Assembly (NCBI GenBank): GCA_963924565.1
Contig: OZ004613.1
Location: forward strand, 8,618,001 to 8,682,000
From: Ascidiella aspersa
Lineage: Eukaryota
Direction of reading: 5' to 3'
DNA: 64,000 nucleotides
Part shown: piece by piece, positions 12,237 through 24,597 of the stretch
Layout: each line of letters starts with the position of its first letter
How positions within the stretch are numbered: the first letter of the stretch is position 1
Translations under genes and position numbers: made by a program
Notes under the pieces: model-generated
Database searches by the model: none
The model's input: the letters and a program-made list of their open reading frames with translations, nothing else
What the model was told of the DNA's origin: nothing

Positions 12237-14269
12237 ATCTAAAACATTTAAAAATGACGTAAGTCCCAGTCAAGTCATTTGTAAAATATCTTAAGTCTAA
12301 GTCAATTCTTTGTGAATAAATAACAAGTCAAGTCCCAGTCCAAGTCATCGTTTGCGCAAGCCAAAAGTCCCAGTCAAGTCGTATTTAAATTTACTTTGGT
12401 GAAGCGGTAGTAAACCTGTTAAACTGGTAACTGTCATTCGGAATGTCCGATACTTGGAATGGTCGCGTTCTATCGGCTACACGAGTGCCAGTAAAATTAA
12501 TGCTGAAAAGCCTTAAATATATTATATTATATTAATTAAAGGTTGTAAAATATTGGAATTAAAGGTTGTTGCGAGGCGTATGGGCTGTAGTTTAACTAAC
12601 CACAGCAATGCTAGTGGGTCGGTAGCTTAACTGTTTCGTTCAGTTTATTGGCGCAGAAAGGATTGGATTTAACATGCGACGTTTACCGCGTTATTTGACG
12701 TAAAACAGAACAATTTACACTTTAATGGTTGGAATTAAGTGAACGTCTGCAAACAAGTCGATACACTGCGGGGAAACACAATAAACACACGAAAAAAATT
12801 GTGTTTAGTTTTGTTCGAGATAAGGCCCACTACAGTTCTACTAATAAATCAACTTGAGCGGTGTCTTCCAAATCTAATCGATTCTCGCGAAGTGAATTCT
12901 TTTTATCGCCCAGATTGTAATCGGGGTGTGCGCCGTGCTGGCTCGTGGTTGGCTAAAACGAGCTGAAAAGTGCAAAGGGAGGCATTGCGACTTTCATTCT
13001 ATCGGCCGAATGACGCAGGCAATATGCTAAGTAAACAATCCTTAAAACTTGGATAAACAAGTCGTTGACGCTAGATTTATTGCCAGCTACTATAAACTGT
13101 ATTCGACATCTAGGCCTGGGTATGTCACGAAAGTCTTGGCATTTCGGACTTGTGAAAACGGAAGGTAGTATCTTTAAATATAGACACTAGCAAGGTGCCT
13201 GACGTGTCAACCGCCTGTAAAGCGAGTTGCTTACTGCAAAACACTGCGTCGACTCAACAGAACAGTGGTCGTAATGTTTTGACAACCGATTGTGAGGTCA
13301 TCAATCATCTGTTTTATGCGTGTGTCTGAATAATATTGATGACAAACATTACACATGTAAAAACATAAGGACAAAGAAACAAAGCTATAAAATAATAGGC
13401 TTTTTTCCGTCAATATTGCATGGTATGGCCCGTGGTACAATCGTGCACACGCTATATTCAATTGGCTCTATAGTTTGGGTGGATATACCGCTTTTGGGAA
13501 AGTCTCTTGATATCCTGATTTAATCTGCAAGACGCCAAACCTTATTCGCCACTCACCTAATTTTGCCCCACGCCCTTGTAATTCTCTTAGTGGAGCTAAA
13601 ACTTCTGGTAAAGGCAAATGAACGCAAGAGTGAGAGTCGATGTCAAACTTGGCATAATCACAAAGACGGAGACATTTTTAGTCACGAAGAATTTCTCTTA
13701 GGTGGACGCACCCATCTACTTTTAGCGTTTAAATCCCACGCGTGGCGAACATGAAAAACGAGAAAACAACCTAAAGATCATTTTTTCCAGTCATTTTCGA
13801 CTTCCAAAGAAACCATTCCCTCTGAGAATTTCTTTAACTTTAGCGTATAGGCTACGTTTAAATGGCGTAAAATAAAGTTAAGCTTATGTGTTAATGTTTA
13901 ATTACATAATATGCCACGCCATGACAAAAGCCCAACTCAAACCCAATCCATATCCAGTTAACTGTAACTCGCGCGCCAGCAACATCAAAGAAACGCAGCT
14001 GTGTTAACCAACGCCAACCTAACACCGTATAGTGGTTTTGTGAGTATTAGATTACACAAAAGTTGCATGTAAATTGGGCGCTAATTAAGTGTGGGGAAAC
14101 TTGCCAATAAGATTTACAAAAAACTATAACCCTATAGTCATTAAGTAAAGTTTGCCTATTTAAAAACACGAAATTCTAGGAGTTTAATTTTCACAATTTG
14201 ACTATATTTAAAGTAATACCTCGAAAAGCAACACAAAACGAAATATCGGATGAAAACTTTTCAACTTAC

Positions 14270-16380
14270 TTTGGCATAATTAGCTTCCGGGCGGCTTTCG
14301 CTTCTTTGCTTCGCCTCAGGTTCGCCCTTATCAGTTACTCTTTCAGACTTGTCGAATTCCACGGTCGTGCTTTCGCTTAATTCAGTTTCCCTCTTGGGTA
14401 GTGATAAACCTCGGCCGTTTGCTGACAAATCTGGCCCCTTAGAGGCTACGGTTGCTGGTAATTCTGGGCCTATCGAGGCTACGTTTGCTGGTAAATCGGG
14501 CCCCTTAGAGGCGACGTTTGCTGGTAAATGTGGGGCCTCAGAGGCAACATTTCTCGGTAAATCTGGGCCTTTCGAGGCTACATTATCCGGTGCGGTTTTC
14601 AAGCTATCAGCAGTTTCCGAATTATCAATTTTCGCTGAGCTATGATCCACTACTTCCACATGCGTGGCGCAGTTTCCCATATCGCTGTTTGAATCGTTCG
14701 CGCTCATCAAACAGTCGTCTGAAGCAGCGACAGCAGTTTGGCCAGTCGCATCGCTCGCAACGCAAGAACCAACAGAGGTAGTAATGCTAGCTGCTGACAG
14801 CAGCGACGTTAATGGGCTTTTACTGGCTGATTTACCTACAATACACTTCTCATCACTGTTGTGATTCTTCAGTGCGCAAGCCGCATTCGTCACAGGCGCG
14901 ACAACGCTGTCATTTCCCTGCTTGTTGTTAGAACGCCTCCGCGTATCGGGCTCAGTTGCGGCAGCGGTAATTCCCCGCCGCCTGTCGCAGTCCACGCATT
15001 TGGCCGCGAAAGAGCTACGAGTCATCGACTGAGCCAGGACCCTGACCGAGTCCTTGTCTTCTGCGTGCACATCAGCCTTGGTTACGACCACGTGGGGTTG
15101 CTGCACAGAGGCTAGGTTTTCAGTCGAAGTCTCTAAGCATCCTGCTGCAGCAATGACGTCACAGATCGTACACGCACCCGTTTCAGCAGTGTTTGAATCA
15201 ACATCGTTCTCCTCTGTAGGTTTATTTACAGGGTCTGGTGCATCGTCCTGTGATTCAGTGTTATTTTGTGACTGATGCCTACAGCTGTCCAATATTATTC
15301 CAGATTTGGTTGAGTCAAATTCCAATCGTTTGTTACCTGTACAAAACGTTTCGTTGTTTTCAGTGTCGTATTTCACTAAATCGTCGCCGGTAACAATATC
15401 ACTTTCTTCGCCACAAGATCCGCTGTCCAATTCCTCTTCTTCCTCCAAAATGGGCGCCATTGGCGAGGAAATGAGCGCCCGTATGTCGTCGCCGTAATCC
15501 ACTGAATTATCATCAAACTCCGGGCAGTCGTCTTGACTTAACTCGTCGCTCGACAACGAATCGCATCTTTCCAGTTCATTCCTGCGCATTTCTTCTTCCA
15601 TGGCCAGGAGCTGCGACTCGTAATCGTCACTGCCTGGTGCCATAATGTCCTCGGCGCCGTGGTCGAGGCAGCTGTCCGTTTGCAAAACGTCGAAAAACTG
15701 TTCACCGCGTGTGAAGCGCGAAATTCCGCCCGCGACGCTGTCTTCAGGCAAAAGACACATCTCCATGACCAGCACCTGTATCTTCTGTCGTTTTTGCGCT
15801 GGGTTTGTGCTTAGTACATAGCGAGCGTTAAGCCCGCACAGCAGAACTTGCGCCAGCGCACTGTGATACTTTTGAAAGCGCGGCGTCGCCTCTCCACCCG
15901 GGCTGATACGCTTTGTACGGCCGCCGGTGTCGACTCGAATTTCGCCCGAAAATAGCAGCAGCGCGCCTCGCAGCAGTTGTTGTTGTCGACTGCGTTCACC
16001 CTTTGACGCCAGCGCCGCTGCGGCTTTCGTTAGGCGGGCTCGCGACGTGACGTAGGTTGCTTGACGCGTCACGCTTGAGAGGGCTAGCGCGCTAACGCAG
16101 TGGCCGCGGGCGATGGCGGCTGAACCGGTTTCGAGCGGGAAATGCGACTCGACAAGCCACCGCTGATTGCGGCCCGCGGTCGGCGCGTAAATATACACTA
16201 AGAAGCTGGAATTTACAACCGGTAGATCGGCCCCTGCTAGTTTTAGAGATAAGCTGCTGTTTTTGTTGTCAAATGCTAGTTGCTTCTGGTCGATGTTTTG
16301 TTGTGGATCGTCGAACGCGTCACGCGACAGCGCCACGGAACACGCGGTGGCGCCAAAGAGCTGGAATGCTGACTTCGTGC
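14270..16380 (-). CDS. C2-domain protein, large 2111-bp exon (unknown N-terminal segment, acidic/Ser-Thr-rich region, 11-aa repeats)
   Basis: Contains the 691-aa ORF; acceptor aaattttag at 16383-16381 (phase 1); donor AAA|gtaagt at 14269 (phase 0); elevated GC. Confidence 0.88.
14417..14595 (-). repeat. Coding 33-bp tandem repeat, about 5 copies of VASKGPDLPAN
   Basis: Units ASKGPDLPRNV, ASEAPHLPANV, ASKGPDLPANV, ASIGPELPATV and ASKGPDLSAN in the ORF. Confidence 0.92.
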
Positions 16381-16568
16381 CTAAAATTTGCGATGCAAAA
16401 TATAGTCTTGCGAACCAAATATTGTACAGTTTTAAAGTTAAACCAACAATGCTTATGTGGTAAATTTTATAAGCTTATTTTTTCAAACTTCGAAGCATAA
16501 AATTTGTTTGTAAGCAGTTGCGAATGTACAACAGATAAGATGACGTAACAAATAAAAGCGAAACTTAC

Positions 16569-16603
16569 TTGACATCTTCAAACTTTCGATCTGATTTCGT
16601 TGT
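16569..16603 (-). CDS. C2-domain protein, 35-bp micro-exon (QRNQIESLKMS)
   Basis: Acceptor tgtttttttag, donor A|gtaagt; phase 2 in and phase 1 out link exons 18149 and 16380 in frame; contains an in-frame ATG at 16575. Confidence 0.75.
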
Positions 16604-17389
16604 CTAAAAAAACATAAGTGCTATTAAATTTTAAAAGTAATAAAGTAAACCACTAGAATTTAGCTCTATGAATTAAAAATTACGAGTAGCTAGCGAAAGG
16701 GCGTGTGCAAGATCCAACAAAAACAATTAACTGGGCGTTTTCACGCATGAAAATATACACTTTGTTTTGCCTATTTTTTATTTGTTACAGTGCTCACTTA
16801 AAAAATCGGTGTTGGAACTTGATGAGCTGTCGGAAACTAATTCATGTTCAAACCGTTTAAGAAGGTTCTGTAGCAAGCAATCTTAAGATCAACCCATTTT
16901 TTGTAAAGCATTGGGACTACAACCGAAGCTTGACATATTGTTCGAATACATTTATCGTGCGTCCCTACTGTTTGATGTATGTATAATGAAATAACTTTTT
17001 GTCCGTCAAGTGCTGATTTTTTGCATTCGCGGAGAATGCGTTTTGTCTAAAGTCAACATCTATCACGTTAGTCTATATCAATACAAAATTGTCTAGTCCT
17101 ATGTCGTGTGCCTATTATTATTGTACGGAATGTGTCCTGATTTAGAAAAGATAAACTTATTTTAAATCATTTTTTTTTATTTATCTGTTTTCATTTTAAC
17201 CAGATTTGATCGCAATAGCCTTTGCCCAAACATCGGGTTTCAGTATTGATTAAGAAGTGTCAGGAATACAGTTCGACAATATTGTTTCAGAAACGACTTT
17301 TATTGATTTATTGAATTGATTTTGACTGAACGAAAAGACATCGATGGAAACTCTCTCAACACCTTTTGGTTAGTAGATTTATTTAAGCT

Positions 17390-17795
17390 AGTGCTCTGCA
17401 ACATTTTGTAACATGCGTTACACCAGCATGGCTATAAATGTTGGCGGCACACCTATTCGTAATATACCTGAAACGACGATAGACACTGTGGCTGCTATAT
17501 AGGCTACAATGTAGTTGAGTGCATGGGAACGCTTTATGGTTATGCATAAAATATGCAAAATTACGAAATATTATATTCCTTAATATTGTAAATTTGGGAT
17601 TTTAAAATGTTTAAACCCCTGAAGCTGGTCGAAATTCCATGCTTATATAGGTGCATCTTGTAAGATTATTAGTATAGCTACCGACTTTTAGAGAGTATAA
17701 CTTTAAATAAAAAAGCACAAGAAAAAAACATTTTACACGGCGCCACACCTGGCCTCGTTTAGTGGCACAAACGACACACTGATTGCGGAACATTG
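17390..17795. mobile_element. hAT-type MITE (degenerate)
   Basis: Termini tagtgctctgcaa / ttgcggaacattg; cggcacac-like subterminal motifs. Confidence 0.55.
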
Positions 17796-18148
17796 CTTTA
17801 AAGTTTAGACCATGCAGTCAGATACCAATTTTTCTAGTTTGCTTTTGTCCACAATCACCACCTTTTATAATATAAACTGTCGTTGTCAGATCTACTATCA
17901 TGACAGCTCGACTGGCTCTTTATCTGTCCAACATTTCCATGTCCTTATTTGGTCCTTTGTGTGTGTATCAAGCAGTGCCTACGTTCCTTTAGTGTATTTT
18001 ACTCATATTACGTCGAAACGCTGGGACACTGTATGCAGCAACCAGAAGGCCGCTTCTGATTAGCACCTGTCGTGTGCAATTATATTTTCGCTGGAATTAA
18101 CACGACCAAATTTGTGTCTTAACATATACGACATCCAATTTACATTAC

Positions 18149-18264
18149 CTTTTCTTGGAGCAACCGAAGGCCAGCTTTGATGCGGCTTGAAGCATGGCTC
18201 TGGCTCCGATATAAGCGAATACTGTTACGATGGCCGCTGAAACACAATTGGTCAAATAGGACAT
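18149..18264 (-). CDS. C2-domain protein, exon with hydrophobic signal-anchor (MSYLTNCVSAAIVTVFAYIGARAMLQAASKLAFGCSKKR)
   Basis: Donor AAG|gtaatg at 18148 with phase 2 matching the micro-exon. The 5' boundary is either the ATG at 18264 (acceptor ttttttcag at 18393) or the internal acceptor tgtgtttcag giving an exon start at 18236. Confidence 0.65.
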
Positions 18265-19714
18265 TCTTTGTTACGCAGAGTGACGCTAAGACCGCTTGTG
18301 AATCCTCACTCCATAATATATTTTGACTTTCGTGTAAACCAATTTATGTTAGAGCGATCTCATTTACGAACATTGATGTTCGGAAGCATTACCTGAAAAA
18401 AGAAACACTTGGGTTTTCCAAAATATACCATTCACAACTTTGACATGCCACATGTCTGGTGGTTTAAAATTTGGCTCTAATCGTTTTATCCTTAATCGGT
18501 AGCAACACGCTTAACAAATGTCGAGCTCTTAAGTTGATTGAGATACAAGCCCCTTGAAAAAATAATCACTGTTCTCGGATATTTTGCTTTGTCATGTAAA
18601 ACAATATTTTGTATTTCCTTTCTTTTTCAGCCTGTCACATTTCTCGACAGATAACATTTAAAGGTACATAAACACAATACCGCTTGTTCACCTACAAGAA
18701 CCGTTGAGCTGTCGACAGTAAAACCATTTGCGATTCTGAAACAACCGGTTGTTTCGGAGTGTATACTTTATTTCGCACGCAACTGCAGCGATTACAAAGC
18801 ACTACTGAAAATGAACGGGTGCTTTTTGTATCGATTTGAAGATTAACGGTTGTCGATAACGCCCAGCAAAGGGTCAGTAAATCGCACATGAACGGTCTTT
18901 AATCGCAAAACAAATTACTTTTTCTTTTCGTCACTGTTTGACCGGAAGGAAAATTGATTTTCACTTGAAAATTCGTGCTTTGCGTCTTGCTTTGTTTGCC
19001 TTTAGCGCTTTTCTGCGTGCCAACTGCTTTGATCTACTCATTTTCTTATCTTTTATATTTTCTTTGAATACACGTTAGATTTCGTTAAGCAGGACGCGGC
19101 TATATTATAAATAAGTTACCGAAGTTGTTCTGGGTACCCACATTGAGATATTGTGTTGCTGTAGAAAGGTCATCTATCTTAAGAAATTCAGAGTAATTTA
19201 AGAAAGCTCAAGGTAGTATTCTGTTCGCTAGGTGACGCTGTTAAGCCAGAAAAGCTAGAAACCAAACTTAAGAAAACGTTGATCTTAAATTATCACTTTA
19301 AATCTTCAGCACCTTTGACTTAGTCACATATGCACACGACTGCATTAAGATAATCCGTTCATAATGATAAGGGGTCACTGCGAAGGCCATCTGTCCAAAT
19401 GACACAGTGCTTAACGTGAAGGACACATTTTCATTATAGAGTCACTTCAGGTCTTATCTCAAGTGGTTAGCAATTGCCTACGTTTGCCGATACTTACAGT
19501 CGTACTATATGCTTTTATACTTTGCTATAGGTTGACATTAACATCATATAAAATTGACTCGTCGCCTTCAAGTTATGAGCGGTACACCTAAGTTCAGCGT
19601 AAATTAACCATATTCTTTGGGGGGTTGATTTGTTTTTATTTATATAGAAAATATGACATTTATCTCTCTGGTTTTATTATTGTTAAACATCATCACGTCG
19701 CCTAAAAGGCGAAA

Positions 19715-19994
19715 GTTGAAATTTTCGGTATCGATACCTGAACGGTCCTCTGATTTAAAACCAAATGACGTCATGTCTCTGGTCAATTAAGCAAATTTAA
19801 TAAAACTGAAACCTGCAGGCGTTATGTTTTACAGGGTAATAAACTAAAATTTGCATAGGCGTTAAACAATGACTAAAGGATAAAAATAATTCGGTATCAG
19901 AACGGTACCGAAACCACTCTGGTATCGGGCGAGTACCGATACTATATAATTGGTATCGGGTATCGGCTCCAATCCGATATTATCGGACATTCCG
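19715..19994. mobile_element. atcgg/ccgatac-repeat MITE family copy
   Basis: Arrays of gtatcgg and ccgata; terminus attatcggacattcc; internal aatgacgtca. Boundaries approximate. Confidence 0.7.
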
Positions 19995-21093
19995 AACTAT
20001 GCATTACGCGGCGACCAATTTATTAGATATGGTGTTTGGGTAAAAAAGGTCCCACGATTTTCCACAGCTCATATTCGTTCAGTTAGTTAGCCTGTGTAAA
20101 TAATATCTATAGCAGAGTCTTTTTGAACCACGTCAGGCGAGGTCGGTCATTTGTGTCCGTCAAAGCACTTTACCACAGCCGAGCATAAACTCAATCATTA
20201 CAATTATTTCATATCAAATATTAGTCAGGTATGCGCAAATTTTACCAGCGTACGACCGCGAAACTTTAATCCCTATAGGCCTAAACAAAGCGGAGCTCTA
20301 CTGCACTTGTTTCTACAATTTTGCGTAAGTGCATGTACTGTACGTTCTTAATGACGTAACATAACCCTTTGTGCGTCATCATCGCAATTCACACCCCATT
20401 ATTTTGTCAGTCTTTGCATCGCTTTTCTCGGTTTCAAATTTCACATTATCAGCCCGGCAACAAGTTTATTTGTTGTGTTATAAATAACCTTTCTTGACTG
20501 AAAATTTTTGCCAAAGTATCTTCAATTAACTGCTAGGTTTTAGGATGAACAACCTATCTTGAACAAGTGATTTAATGTCTAACTTAGTTTACACACTTCG
20601 TAAAGTTAGAGTTATTTCCTTGTTTAGCATCGGCAAAACAGTTTTGCCTTCTGTTTCTGTTCAGTTATGCGCTGCGCGTAGTATTGTTTGATTCCAAAAA
20701 GTTACCGAATTTGTTAGTTTTACGTTTATCTTTTGTCTTAAATGTTATGCCAATGACTTTAGTTATTTAAACATTTTTTTCTCTAAAACTATCGTGTAAT
20801 GTTTGAATTAAACCAAAACAGGCATCGATTTGCGCTCGAACTTTTTTAAGTTAATCGCCTAAAGCGAGAAATATTTACAAACCCCTTATTTATCCATTTA
20901 CCAATCTAATTCACAGGCAGTGTATAAGTGAACGAACAGAATGCAAGTTGCTTAGCTGTAACGATTATCTTGCACTAAAATGGAGTACATGCTATCGCAC
21001 GCTTGACTAAACAGGCAACAAACATCTCTGATCGGTTTCAATAGTTTTTACAAACTTGGCTTAATTTCCAGTCGAGCGTTTCAATGTGTTTTG

Positions 21094-21515
21094 CAGTGTT
21101 ATAATAACCTAAGTCGATGACTTGACTCAAGTGCAGTTAATCACTGTTTTTGAATGACTTGACTTGACTTAAGTCGGTCTGGTAAAATAACTTGAAGGAC
21201 TTGAGTCATTGAGTCGAATAATTTAGGCTGAATAAAGTGTTTTCATTTAACATTTGTTTTATAAAATTGAGCTATTTAACTCAATGTATGCACGCAGGGC
21301 GATTGTATTGCTAAATTATCTTTTTTTTTGGTTGAATAATTGCTCATAATTGGACGAGTTTGTCAATTTTAATACTTTATTGTTTGTTTTTATGTAAGTG
21401 CTTCAACTTGAATTTGACGTGCTATAAACATGACTTTGGCAACTGATGATTCGTACTGGGACTACTTGACTTGGGCTTGCAGTAAGTTATTTCAAAATGA
21501 CTTGTTACAACATTG
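21094..21515. mobile_element. GACTT-repeat MITE, full length (422 bp), hAT superfamily
   Basis: TIRs cagtgttataa / ttacaacattg; perfect 8-bp TSD gtgttttg at 21086-21093 and 21516-21523. Confidence 0.9.
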
Positions 21516-22269
21516 GTGTTTTGAAATCAGCAGTTTGTTTGCAAACCGATCGGCAATTAGCTCGCCTTGTTGTGTACGCCAAAAACTAGCAGTGAAAGGC
21601 AAGGGGCAGAGTTCAGTGCTTGTTTTGATTGCAATTTAGAAGCGGCCACAAGTAGACCACTTAACTGCTGAATGGAGGTTGTTCTTTAGTTGCGCTGTCA
21701 ACAAGAAAAGTTCTAGGCTTTTAAAGATCTTTTAAGCAGGATATTGAACGTGTTACAGGACGCGGTTTATTCGTTAAGTCGTAAATGACGACCCGGATAT
21801 ATCGGGCACAACCATCGGCCTACTTGAAATTAAACGATTATTATTGTTAGCTGGGTTTACGTTTGACTTTGATGTCCTAATGAATGACCAGCTGTTCGCC
21901 AAGCGTAAAGGCTAGATGCGAAGGCAAAGTTTAAACCACAGCCTAATTATATTGGCCAATGCGTGGTGTGACGTAATAATGAGGTACCAACGCGACTGGA
22001 TAAATTTGCCATATCACTGCTAATTTGTTTGTTTTTACTCTTAAGTAATAATTGTGAAATTAGGGTAATTTTACGCCTTTTTAGGTCAAATTATATTTAA
22101 AGATATTATATAGAACCCAGGATTTTACAGTGATATCATTGCCAATTGCGAAAAGGGAGGAACAAAAAAATCTGAAAAATAATTACCTTTACTTAATTGA
22201 TAATAAATTTACAAAACTTCTGATTTTTTACATAAGAATGTAAATGGCAATGATTCGTTCATCAATTGA

Positions 22270-22672
22270 ACCGTTATCGAGTGTTTAGTACAGACCCCAT
22301 TCCAATATCAATTTATTGTAAAAATGATCAACAAAAGTGGTTCCAGATAATATTAGATCCAAGCTGATGTGCAGTATCGGATGGTATCGGTTTCTAAGTG
22401 TCAAATTTGTAATAGCATTTCAGCCGTATTTTGCGGTTAAAAGCAACGTTTTCTACTGGTAAAATATAGTAGTCAGAAAATAAAAAATGATAACAAAGCA
22501 GCAAAACCAAACTTGTTAATTCTAAAGCACATTATAGCCTCAATAAGTGATCTTCGCTCGTTTTAGTTTAATTTTTAAATTTGGCCTTATTTGTGACCTA
22601 CTTGGTGTCAGAAAATACGGCCGCGCCTTTAACCAAAAACATCGGGTTTTAGTAAAGTATCGGACATCTCTA
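22270..22672. mobile_element. atcgg/ccgatac-repeat MITE family copy
   Basis: gtatcggatggtatcgg motifs; terminus gtatcggacatctcta. Boundaries approximate. Confidence 0.55.
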
Positions 22673-22738
22673 TAAATCACTGTGTAATACGAACTAATTT
22701 GAAAATTCCAGAATATTGTACCTAAAGAGTGTAAAGCG

Positions 22739-23100
22739 CAGGGGTTCTTAAACTAGGGTTAATGGACACCTTAGGCTTGGGGGTAAGTTTTTTGGGGTAC
22801 AGGTCCTAATCGAAATTTTACTGTATAATTTTAAATATGGAAGATTAAAAAAGAGTTTAATTAAATAAAAAACGCTTTGGCGGCTTCTACTCAAATGTAT
22901 TTTTTGGCTATGTTTGTTGGTCTGAAAAAAAGGGTTCCTTTAGTCTACTTGTTTTATGCTGTCATCTAAAAAAAATTTTCATGAAAAAAAAATTTAAACT
23001 AAACTATTAATTTTTTTTTTCTTTGAAAATTTTCATGCCGCTCCTGGTTCACGCGACCAAAAGTACTTTGAGCAGCGTTTAAAAAGATAAGGAACCCCTG
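22739..23100. mobile_element. hAT-type MITE
   Basis: TIRs caggggttctta / taaggaacccctg; related to the element at 56300. Confidence 0.75.
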
Positions 23101-24303
23101 TTTTAAGTAACGTGTAAAAAAATAAATGCTGATGCAACAAGTAGCAGTACGTGCGAACACTCGTTTCACATGAACAAATATTTGCCGCTGGCCACAACAA
23201 TTGATTGGCCAATGTCTGGTGCAGCAGTTTTTATCGGTTTATGATTTTTAGCCTTACAGGAAAACACGAAGTCACATGTGCGTTTTACGATTTGCAGTGG
23301 AGTTGCCACCATATTCAGTTAAGATTATCCATTAATCGTGAATGCGGGACTTATGGATTTAAGTATGTTTAAATCACAAGCTAAGGTTTCGTCTTTAAAA
23401 GTTAAGAAACTATTTTACTGCTGAACTTTCCGTTTGCTTTGTGTATATGATTTTTGTCACACAAAACTGCCATCGAACTGCTTTAATTTTCAAAAGTTAG
23501 TTGAGTTAGATATATTCTGCCATTGGAAAAAGTTACATTAGTGGACTCACTAACACTGGAAAAAATGTCATTCAAAACATTTCAGTTTACTCTGAGTCTG
23601 CTTTTTTACATTATCACAACGCAAACAATATCTAATATCAGTTTAGCCAAATTATTCACTAAACAAGCCAGACGATTTAACTTACTTTGTAACAAGGGGT
23701 TTATCAGCAGCAAAGAGTTTCGTCTTTGAGGTCAATAAATAACATCAGTGCGAAGATTTCCGTTTGTATTGTGTCTGTTTCTTCGCGTGATCTCTAATCA
23801 AACAGAGTCGATGGGGTTAAGCCGACGGGAAGACTGGCGGCTTTCGGCAAGAGACAAAATGAAAGGAGAAGGTCCACGGGAGGGATTAGCGAAAGGGAAA
23901 CCCGACTCCACGTTTTGGTAGGTCCTGTTTAACTCACCTTACCCCCCTACCAGCTTAGCAAGGCTTTAAGTACTCTGGCGGCTCCTTGGTATGCTAAGCT
24001 GATGTTTTTCGGGGTTAAAATGCAGGATTAAGACGAACGCGGCTCACCGCCAATGCATCGTTTGGTTAATTGACCCGCTTCGAAGCTAACAAAGCCCGGC
24101 TAACCGCAAGATGGGGCTAGCGGCAGATAGATTGCTATCGTTGGAGTGACATCAGACACTGAGGAAAGGCGTAACCGGACGAAGTTGATGTACATCCGTA
24201 ACCTAGTAGAAGGTTTTAAATCTTATACTACAGACATTTATACAGCCAACATTTGCAGTTATTGGCGGCCTAAATTACTGGTGTATGTAATAGTAATATA
24301 AAG

Positions 24304-24597
24304 CAGTGATTGTCAAACTGTATCGCGGGACACCTACAACATGTCTCGAGTGATTCTTAAGTGTGGCGTAATACTTTTTATAATTTTGGTAACCAATCTA
24401 TTATAAGTATAGCAAAAAACGCATGCAGACAAGAATAGAAGGCTTGCAAGCACACAATCTAAATAACTGTCGCTAATATGGTATTTCGTATTACCTTTTC
24501 GTGTAGTTTTTAAGATATTATATGATTGTTTGGTGCAAAGTGTGCCGTGATTAATCGGTTTATTGGTGTGGCAAGCTGAAAAGTTTGAGGACCACTG
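24304..24597. mobile_element. hAT-type MITE
   Basis: Termini cagtgattgtcaaac / gtttgaggaccactg; gtgtgccgtga subterminal motif. Confidence 0.7.

Noticed and set aside
14349-15497. Several plus-strand ORFs
   Set aside because: Antisense shadows of the large minus-strand exon.
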